A stretch of DNA of 64,000 bases. Source: Eledone cirrhosa. Taxonomy: Eukaryota. The stretch lies in NCBI GenBank assembly GCA_964016885.1, contig OZ024764.1, forward strand, positions 16,182,001-16,246,000, in the 5' to 3' direction. Below the pieces are notes generated by a model that was not told where the DNA came from, did not search any database, and worked only from the letters and a program-made list of their open reading frames with translations. The translations under genes were made by a program, and so were the position numbers. Positions 53,031-64,000 of this stretch are shown here, one piece after another (the first letter of the stretch is position 1; each line of letters starts with the position of its first letter).

Positions 53031-53562
53031 CGCAGCATTTCTGCCCTAGGCCCAAAGCTCAACCACCCTCCCCTATTTTCTGCGACACCGGAGTTCTTGC
53101 CATCCCCTCTCCTATTCGTTGTTTCTTCTTTCTTTCTCTCTTCGATTTAATCGACTTTACCCTCCCCCAAATTACTGTCCTCCACCTTTACTAGAAATCA
53201 TCATTATTATTGTTATTCTTACTGTAAATAATATCATGTTTATAGAGTTTTGATAATAAATAAATTGTTCATTACAAACTTGTTTATATAATTATTAATT
53301 CGCAAAACACACACACATACATATACATATATACATATATATATATATGAAAATATTCAGCACCCCGACGGCTGAGCTCCGGCCGTTTAAACAGCTATAT
53401 ATATATACATATATATATTTTAATCTTAGGTTCAGCGCAGAAAAGAGTCTCCAACGATCATGATCAGCTTATCGTGCCCAGTGGAAGCATTTTAGTTTAA
53501 TTATAACCTCAACGATCACGATTAGCGGCGGCTTTTTCGAGTCTGTGCCAAGTGAGGTTGAC

Positions 53563-53600
<38 letters not shown>

Positions 53601-53699
53601 GCTCGAACCCTAGAGAAGAACAGAAAAATGCTGAATTCAGAGTTTAGTAAACAACAGAGAGAAGGACATAAATAAATAAATATATTTCAACATTTAAAA

Positions 53700-54423
53700 T
53701 ATGTTTATGTCCCCCTTTAATATAAAAACAAACAGAGTCTTGTAAAAGTGTTATTACTGTAATATAAAGTAGAAATCCTTTAATTAAACAAAGCTACGAT
53801 GCAGCGATGATAAAAACAAACTCCAAAATGTCAACAAACTTCTCGTAGGTGCTGCCAGATACACGATAACATGTGTAGACGAAGTGTAACTGGGTCGTAT
53901 TATATCACTTTCAAATTGACCCCTATTATATGCAAATTATCCCCTGTGGGGCGTGCACCCACGTTGAGAATCCCTCATAAATAAATATATGTGAGTGTGT
54001 TGCTATGACTGCTATTTCTCGCAGGTTTACTGCAGTCCTGTAGACGCACACCAAAAACCGGAAGTGGCAGCCATTAAAAAACTTTGGCTTAAAATCAGTG
54101 AAAAGTTTTTAAACAATAGAAAATTTAATGTAAACAAACCAGGGTGTTTTTGCCAAGAAAGATAACTCTTGCCTTACTTAATCGCAAAAATCGAGATAAA
54201 AATTTTGCGGGTGTGCAGTTTACACGCTAGGAATAACCTGCTAGAAAGAGCAGTCAAAGCAACTCACATATATTTATATATCATATATATATTGCGGCTG
54301 TGCAGTTGATTTGGTCTTGTTTGCTGGTACTTCTAGCATGTATGGACACTTTAGAAATAGCAGCGAAACACGGAAAACATCAGAAAGAAGGACACACACC
54401 TATATATATATATATATATATAC

Positions 54424-54466
<43 letters not shown>

Positions 54467-54556
54467 CATATAAACAGACACATATCCATAAATATATATC
54501 TATACATATATATATACATATATATATGTATATACATATATATATAAATATATATG

Positions 54557-54632
<76 letters not shown>

Positions 54633-54711
54633 CATACATATATATATATATACATATATATAAATATATATGTATATATACATATATAAATATATATGTA
54701 TATATATATAC

Positions 54712-54767
<56 letters not shown>

Positions 54768-55460
54768 ACAAATACACACATATCCAAAATATATATATAA
54801 ACATATATATATAGGTGTGTGTCCTTCTTTCTGCTGTTTTCCGTTTTTCGCTGCTATTTCTAAAGTGTCCATATATATATATCATATATATATATATGAT
54901 ATATAAATATATGTGAGTTGCTATGACTGCTATTTCTAGCAGGTTTATTTTTAGCGTGTAAACTGCACACCCGCAAAATTTTTACCTCGATTTTTGCGAT
55001 TAAGTAAGACAAAAGTTATCGTCCTTGTCAAAAATAAAATTTTACTATTATTGAAAATCTTTTGGCTGATTTTAAGCCAAAGTTTTTTAATGGCTGCCAC
55101 TTCCGGTTTTTGTTGTGCGTCTACAGGACTGCAGTAAACCTGCTAGAAATAGCAGTCATAGCAACACACTCACATATATTTATTTATGAGGGATTCTCAA
55201 CGTGGGGTGCAAGCCCCACGGGGGACAATTTGAATATAATAGGGGTCAATATGAAAGTGATATAATACGACCAAACTTCCAGATACACTTCGTATACACA
55301 TGTTATTTCTGGCAGCACCTACGAGAAGTTTGTTTATATTTTGAAGTTTGTTTTATATTACAGTAAGTTTTACTTCATCTACACATGTTATCGTGTATCC
55401 GTTTGTTTACATTTTGTTATTTATTTTGATCATCGCCTCATCGCAGGTTTGTTTAATTAA
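53700..55460. mobile_element. second copy of the composite foldback with a TA/CA core
   Basis: 53700-54400 is the reverse complement of 54812-55460; same arms as 45222-46912. Confidence 0.85.
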
Positions 55461-55487
55461 AGGTTGCGAAGGGCATCACTGATATAA

Positions 55488-55599
<112 letters not shown>

Positions 55600-55829
55600 C
55601 AAAGACACACACATATATATACATACACGCAGACATACACCTGTGTGTATGTGCGTGTCTTTGGCTGCTCTCTCTCTCTCTCTCTCTCTCTCTTTTTCTC
55701 TCTGTGTATATATATACAGACACACACTGTTGTTTCCTGATTTTTAGCTGCTGTTTCTAAAGTGTCTATTAATATATGCTAGAAATAGCAGTCAAGGGAA
55801 CATTTGCGTATATATATGTAAGGGCAGTG

Positions 55830-56205
55830 AGACCTGCTGCAACAACCATCCAACCTCGTGGGACTTCATCCTCAGACGGGCCACAGACACTCCGATGTTG
55901 CGGAGGAGCTCGGCTGTAATGGGTCCAAGTAGACCTGGGGTCTCGACGGCGCCTGGTGCGTAGAAGAAGCTCCAGGACAAACACCGGAATTTGTTTATTT
56001 TATGTACATCTGCGAGACGGGCAGCGATGCCGGGGTTTGTGGATCTACCTCCTTCGAATGGGAAGAGGGTGATTCCCTCGGGATGCTTGCCATCTCCGCG
56101 GCCTAGACCTGCTGGCTCATGTTGAGATGGAAAGTCAGCTGCGTCCAGGCTTCTTCTCACTATGTCGTTGAGAGCATTTATGTGGCTCACACACGCGGAG
56201 GCCAA
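55830..56205 (-). mobile_element. CRE-like fragment, inverted relative to 52635-53030
   Basis: HINALNDIVRRSL...EPAGLGRGDGKHPEGITLFPFEGGRS. Confidence 0.75.
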
Positions 56206-56569
56206 GGCGTTGGGCTACTCCGATGCGAGTTCAATCATCATCAAGAATTTATTTGAATTGAAAGGTCACTAAACTAATATAGGAGTGTCATTTAAAAATA
56301 AGGTAAACAGAAATAGTTACACCGGTAACATAATTACTGTTACACCGGTAGTTCACTAACAAATCATTTCACGTTCGTCTCTAACAGGTAATGTTTTAAT
56401 TTGCTGTCCATGTTGGGGAGTAACTGTAGTTTGGCTTGCTAGGGGTCATAGATCTTTATACACACACACACTATATATATATATATATATATACACAAAG
56501 GAAAGGAAGATAAACAAATATCAGAGGATTTGTCCGGCTTCTTCCTCTTGGCACCTGTAGCCACCATGA

Positions 56570-57985
56570 CGTATAAGTATAAATATATATATATATATCT
56601 ATCTTTCTATATATATATCATCATTTTCATTTTACGTCTGCTTTTCCCTGTTTGCAAGGGTGGGACATATATATATATATCATCATCATTATACATCCAC
56701 TTTTCCCCGCTTGGCAGCACCTACGAGAAGTTTGTTTGTTTTGATCATCGTTGCATCGTAGCTTTGTTTAAATAAAGGGTTTCTACTTTATATTACAGTA
56801 ATAACACTTTCAGAAGACTCGGATTGTTTTTACATTAAAGGGGAACATAAACATATTTTAGAGGAGGGGTTTGGAGCAGAAAAGTTTGGGGACCACTGAT
56901 ACACACACACACATATTTATTTACTATATATATAATTGTTTCTACTTTAGGCACAAGGCCAGCAATTACCCAGTGCATTACTGGTACTTATATAATATAT
57001 ACATATATACATAAGTATAAATATATATATACATATCTATCTATCTATCTATATATATATCATCATTTTCATTTTACGTCTGCTTTTCCCTGTTTGCAAG
57101 GGTGGGACATATATATATCATCATCATTATACATCCACTTTTCCCCGCTTGGCAGCACCTACGAGAAGTTTGTTTGTTTTGATCATCGTTGCATCGTAGC
57201 TTTGTTTAAATAAAGGGTTTCTACTTTATATTACAGTAATAACACTTTCAGAAGACTCGGATTGTTTTTACATTAAAGGGGAACATAAACATATTTTAGA
57301 GGAGGGGTTTGGAGCAGAAAAGTTTGGGGACCACTGATACACACACACACATATTTATTTACTATATATATAATTGTTTCTACTTTAGGCACAAGGCCAG
57401 CAATTACCCAGTGCATTACTGGTACTTATATAATATATACATATATACATAAGTATAAATATATATATACATATCTATCTATCTATCTATATATATATCA
57501 TCATTTTCATTTTACGTCTGCTTTTCCCTGTTTGCAAGGGTGGGACATATATATATCATCATCATTATACATCCACTTTTCCCCGCTTGGCAGCACCTAC
57601 GAGAAGTTTGTTTGTTTTGATCATCGTTGCATCGTAGCTTTGTTTAAATAAAGGGTTTCTACTTTATATTACAGTAATAACACTTTCAGAAGACTCGGAT
57701 TGTTTTTATATTAAAGGGGAACATAAACATATTTTAGAGGAGGGGTTTGGAGCAGAAAAGTTTGGGGACCACTGATACACACACATATTTATTTACTATA
57801 TATATAATATATACATATATACATAAGTATAAATATATATATATACATATCTATCTATCTATCTATATATATATATCATCATTTTCATTTTACGTCTGCT
57901 TTTCCCTGTTTGCAAGGGTGGGACATATATATATATATATATATCATCATTATACATCCACTTTTCCCTGCTTATAAGGGTGGGA
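56570..57985. repeat. tandem triplication of about 438 bp containing MITE and SINE pieces
   Basis: gcttggcagcacctacgag recurs at 56709, 57147 and 57585. Confidence 0.92.
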
Positions 57986-57989
57986 CAGA

Positions 57990-59350
57990 TCTTCTTCAGC
58001 GCAGCATCTCTCCTTCATCATCTCCTCTGAACTTCAACGATCTGAGGTCAGCTCTCACTACCTCTGCCCATATCTTCCTTGGTCTTCCTCCCACTGGGAT
58101 TACTTGGCACTTCTTCACCCTGCGGTAATCCTGCATACGCATCGCATGGCCATACCAACACAGTCTTCTCTCCCGCACACTACAGTTTATCCTTCTTATA
58201 GAGTTTCACTCTAAACTCGTCCATGCTTGGTCTTTCACGCACATTGACATTGCACATCCAATGGAGCATGCTTGCTTCATTTCTCTCCAGCCTTCGCATA
58301 TCCTCTGCAGTTGCTGCCCATGTCTCACTACCATGCAACATTGTGCATCTCACACAGGCCTCAAACAACCAACCTTTTGTATGCAGGGAGAAATCCTTCT
58401 TTGTTACCAGAGGAAGCAGCTCCCTAAACTTCTTCCAGCCCGTCCTTATTCTAGATACTATGGCCTCGGAACACCCCCTCCCATACTAATCTGATCACCT
58501 AAGTACTGAAGCTATCAACCACTTTAATAGAACCTACTTGCATTTGAAAAATGTGTCTATCAATGCGACTTCTACTGTCAAATTTCCCTGTATATCTATT
58601 GCATACGTAGTTTTCCCTACCTGTTAGTTTGCCTGCTATCCCACTACATCTCGTGTGTACCCAAGATCTGCATTGTGTACATTTTATAGAATGTATGCCA
58701 GTTCCTTTTCTGCATATCGAACATGGCCATCAGAGTTTTGTCCTTTTTTCTACATATCAACACTTTTGTTTTAGCTGGGTTCACTCTCAGTCCTCTTAAT
58801 TCCAACTGCTGTTTCCATAGCCAGAATTTATTCTCTAGTTCCTCTACTGATTCTGCTATAAAAACCAGATTGTCAGTATAGAGAAGTTCCCATGGGCAGC
58901 TAGTCTTAAACTCCTCTGTTATGGCTTGGAGGACTATAATGAACAAGAGCGGGCTGAGGACCGAACTCTGATGGACTCCTCCTTGTATCTGGAATTCCTC
59001 ACTAAACTCCATTCCTACCCTCACTTTACAGACAGCACCTCTGTACAAAGCTTGCACTGTCCTCACAAGCCATTCCTCAACACCTAGTTTCCTTAGGGAT
59101 CACCAGATGACAGATTGGGGTACACTATCAAAGGCTTTCTCTAGGTCAACAAAAGCTAAGTATAATGGCTTATTCTTCTCTAAGAACCTCTCTTGTAGTT
59201 GTCTCACTAAGAAGAAGGCATCGGTTGTACTTTTCCAAGGCACAAAACCAAACTGCATCTCATCTAGTTTGACTCTTTCTCTAATTAGTTGCTCTAATAT
59301 CCTTTCTGCCACTTTCATAACCTGATCCATCAGTTTTATGCCTCTATAAT
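57990..59350 (-). mobile_element. RTE LINE reverse transcriptase pseudogene
   Basis: QFGFVP, FVDLEKAFDSVP, GVHQSSVLSPLLF, LLYTDN, LHGSETW, RRLCWYGH. Confidence 0.92.
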
Positions 59351-61269
59351 GGATTTTACGTGTAAAGAGGTATGTAAAGTTTTATTCACACTCACGGATA
59401 TTATTGAGACACAAAAATACATTTCATTATCTTGGAAATATACATTCTTGTAGTGTTTTAGTTGCCATGTCTTTTAAATTTATTCTAAACACTCTTCACA
59501 GAACTAAACCTCCTTCCGAGAAACAAAACAAATAATATATACACGCAGCTACCTCTTCTAACTAAACATACATGTTACTTTCCTCTCTATACTATACCAT
59601 CGTAATTTCTACGTCGAGTTACCTCGGCATCACCACCTTTACTCCAACTCAGCATTCTCTCTTGCACACATCATATCAACTATATATTTATATTATAATC
59701 GTATCTCTATTACACCTTCTCTGTATATACTTACTTAGAAGAAAGGTATGTCTCCTCATTATACACAGTATCCGGAGCTATATAAGAAACTGTAGTATAT
59801 AGAATACAGACCCTCTCTCTATACATAAACCCACTTCGAAGTATCGTATATATGCAGCATCTACATACACACAAGGCAAAGTTAAAACCCTCTTCTCTAC
59901 TACTTTTCCCGAGGATACTTACATAAAACTGGATATTTTATCAAGGCATCTATTTATTGTATGTAGAAGACATTATATTCACTATCCTTCTCAATAGAGG
60001 AAAACAACTCCCCATACATACAGTTTCTTTATAGAATACACTGCCTTGTTATATAAATATTGTACACATGTGTGTATATAATACACTTCTATATATTGTG
60101 TGTACACAGCAAAGAATCTACTTTTTGTATGTAGAGACTCCTCTGTAACATCTAGAAGGCTTATATTTACTATCCTCCTCTATAATAAAAAAAAACCCAT
60201 ATATACAGTAATACCTTATCTAGAGGCATATAAGAAACTGTATTTCACAGCCCTATACCCACTCTCCTAAGAAACTAAACTGTTCATGATAAAGAGGTTT
60301 CATTTCTGCCTCTAGAAAAGTATTGGTGTTAGAGCTGTGTAATCTGGATTGTTTTTATTAATACCCTCTGCTTCTTTCCAGGTATGTTGAAGATCTCCGC
60401 CAGCTCAACTTAGTGTGTAGATACACACAGTCGTCTCAAGAAATAAAATAACTCCAACAACAAAATGTAGTTTATTTATTGATCTTTATTTCACATTTTC
60501 GTTTCTTATATATATATACACAGGTAGTATCTTACATGTAGGTCGTTTAACTTTCATTCATATTAAATATATAGGAATTAACAGCTGTGTATATATAACT
60601 AGTGGATTGTTAAACACATGCCTAGAGATAAAAAGGTATTAACATGTGAGAGAATTCAATTATTATGTAATTAGTGAGAAACATCCTTCTTGAAAGAAGT
60701 GTATATATAGACTAGATTAATTAATGTGTATCTACACTATAGAATCCCAGTAAGAAACATCCTTCTTACTGAAAGAAGTAAGTGTGGTGCTATAGAAAAG
60801 TTTCTTTGAGAATGGGAACTGTATATATAGGTATTCTATATCTCCTGTAAGAGGTTATGTGGATATTCTATATCTCTCTCATACTTACCAGTAAGTATAT
60901 AGGTATTAATAAAGAAGTTTCATATTATAAACATTTATAATGTGTATATATAGAGTATTCTAGTAAGTTTATTTCCTTCTGTATATAGAATAAATTTGTA
61001 TTCTATATCTCTCCCAGTATGTATATAGGAATAGAAGTATGAATTCAGTTCGAATCATCTTTCATGAAAGTAATGTATATAATGCAGTATTCTAGTGAGG
61101 CCATTTCTTTCTGTATGTATACATATGCCTAGAGATAGAAAGCTGTTAATATGTATGGATTCTATAGAAGTAAGTGTATATATACACATGGTTTTAAGGT
61201 AATAGTATCCTATAGAATAGACATATCTCTATGTAGAGGAAAAAGTTTAACCCCTTAGCTATATTTATA

Positions 61270-63102
61270 TAAACATACATATGTATGTATATATACATAC
61301 ATATGTATATATACATATATATGTATGTATACACATATGTGTATACATACGTATGTATGTATGCATACTTATGTATGTATACATACGTATGTATGTATAC
61401 ATATATATACACATACGTATGTATATGTATATACATACGTATGTATTTATATACGTACGTATGTACATACATACGTCTGTATATAACTATGTATGTATAT
61501 ACATATCTGTTTATACATATGTATGTATATACATATGTATGTACATACATACGTATGTATGTATATACATACATACATATGTATGTATGTACATACATAC
61601 GTATGTATGTATATACATACATACATATGTATGTATATACGTACGTATGTATGTACATACATACGTATGTATATACATATATACGTTCGTATGTAAATAC
61701 GTATGTATGTACATACATACGTATGTATATACATACGTATGTATGTACATACATATGTATGTACATACATACGTATGTATATACATACGTATGTATGTAT
61801 GTACATACATATGTATGTACATACATATGTATATACATACATACGTATGTACATACATACGTATGTATGTACTTACATACGTATGTATGTACATACATAC
61901 GTATGTATATATACATACATATGTATATACATACGTATGTATGTATATACATACGTATGTAAATACATACGTATGTATATACATACGTATGTATGTACAT
62001 ACATACATACGTATGTATATACATACGTATGTAAATACATACATACGTATGTATGTACATACGTATGTATGTACATACATACGTATGTATTTACATACGT
62101 ATGTATGTATATACATACGTATGTATATACATACGTATGTAAATATATACATATGTATATACATACATACATATGTATGTATATACATACATACGTATGT
62201 ATATACATACGTATGTATATATACATATGTATATACATACGTATGTACTTACATACGTATGTACTTACTTACGTATGTAAGTACATACATAGGTATGTAT
62301 ATACATACGTATGTATATACATACATACGTATGTACTTACATACGTATGTATGTACATACATACATATGTATATACATACATATGTATATACATACATAC
62401 GTATGTACATACATACGTATGTATATACATACGTATGTAAGTACATACATATGTATGTATATACATATGTATGTATATATACATACGTATGTATATACAT
62501 ATGTATGTATATACATATGTATGTATATATACATACGTATGTATATACATATGTATGTATATACATATGTATGTACATACATACGTATGTAAATACATAC
62601 GTATATATACATATGTATGTACATACGTATGTAAGTACATACATACATATGTATATATACGTATGTATTTACATACGTATGTATGTATATATACATATGT
62701 ATGTATATACATATGTATGTATATATACATACGTATGTACATACATACGTATGTATATACATATGTATGTATATACATATGTATGTACATACATACGTAT
62801 GTAAATACATACGTATGTAAATACATACGTATGTAAATACATACTTATATATATGTATGTATGTACATACATACGTATGTAAGTACATATGTATATACAT
62901 ACGTATGTATGTACATACATATGTATGTATAGATACATATACGTATGTACATACATATGTATGTATGTACATACTTATGTATATACATACATATGGATAT
63001 GTATGTATATATACATACATATGTATATATTTATGTATTTATACATACATATGTATGTATGTATGTATATATACATGCATATGTATGTATAAATATACAT
63101 AC
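61270..63102. repeat. TACA/TATG/TACG compound microsatellite
   Basis: alternating purine-pyrimidine simple sequence over 1.8 kb. Confidence 0.97.
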
Positions 63103-64000
63103 ATCTTTAATTCCTTAGCTATATTTATATAATACAGTAGTCTAGAGATATAAGGGTATTAATATGTATGTAGGTTGTTGTCTTTATATCTGTGTAGTGT
63201 AACTTCTAAATTTACAATGAAGATATGCTTTATATACACTAAAGTGTTTATATGGTGAGTATCCCTGTCTAGAGGAGAACAGGGTATTGATGTATCCTTT
63301 AAAGAAAAGGGTAACTGCGTACATATGGTTCTACATACTGTACTCTACTGAACACAACTTCAATATATAATGGAGGTACTTCTTCCAATATAGAGAAGAA
63401 GGTATATTATAGACATGAAGTAAGCTTTGTGTGTATGTAAAGAACACTACATTTCTTTGTATTTATACAGTTAGCTCTGTTGCTTCTTAGGAAGCATGTA
63501 CGCGTTCTACTGTGAGATCCTTATACACAACTAGAAGAACAATAGTAGTAGTTTCCTAAGAGACATATGTGTAGTATCTAGCGAGAATGTATTGATCTGT
63601 ATGTACAGATCAAAACCTCTTATCTTATATATGTATGATCACTTCCAGGTTTCTACATACACGTGTATAATATAAAGAGACACACACAATGTGGGTTTAG
63701 ATATATTCTATAGAATACAGTTTCTTATATACAGACATGTCTACATTGATGTTATTTACCTGTATATAGAGATGGCTTGTTTCTAATAGGTGTATCTAGG
63801 AAATAATTTATATAATATGAATCTAGTATACAGTGACAGAAGGTTTTTGTCTTCCTACAGTGTAAGAGGTGTCTAGTGTGTGTATATATACAGGGAGTAA
63901 ATAATAAGGCAACAAAGGAAAATACTGGTTTATTCTTTTATTTCACAATTTATTTACCTTTCTTCTTGAGATAGGGTTGTAGTAGTCTCCAGGTCTGGTG

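Noticed and set aside
61194-63132. Many overlapping Y/I/H/T/M/C/V-rich ORFs (also 5864-6460, 20614-21840, 45628-46758, 54311-54906)
   Set aside because: Stop-poor microsatellite translations, not genes

Overview
Repeat-dense, AT-rich animal genomic DNA. The SINE/RTE/microsatellite landscape looks octopod-cephalopod; that is an inference. The only confidently identified gene is RBM39/Caper on the + strand: nine phase-consistent GT-AG exons between 8546 and 29577 encoding RS region, RRM1, RRM2, an Ala/Gly linker and UHM/RRM3, with the start exon apparently outside the window. Its introns are inflated by 48-, 60-, 65- and 72-bp satellites. The rest is decayed RTE, CR1 and CRE-like LINEs, Tc1/mariner and hAT pieces, tRNA-derived SINEs, foldback palindromes and minisatellites. 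Most notable unexplained structure: (1) several unrelated short elements inserted in (TA)n tracts, built as hairpin plus one-sided tail and carrying type I hammerhead ribozyme cores (Penelope-like or retrozyme-like); (2) a tandem pair of diverged minus-strand micro-ORFs ending LSKYLG-stop with synonymous-site divergence; (3) foldback elements carrying convergent tRNA-like Pol III cassettes; (4) a candidate RBM39 poison exon and long-range inverted repeats in the RBM39 pre-mRNA. All long ORFs in the supplied track come from satellites or microsatellites.
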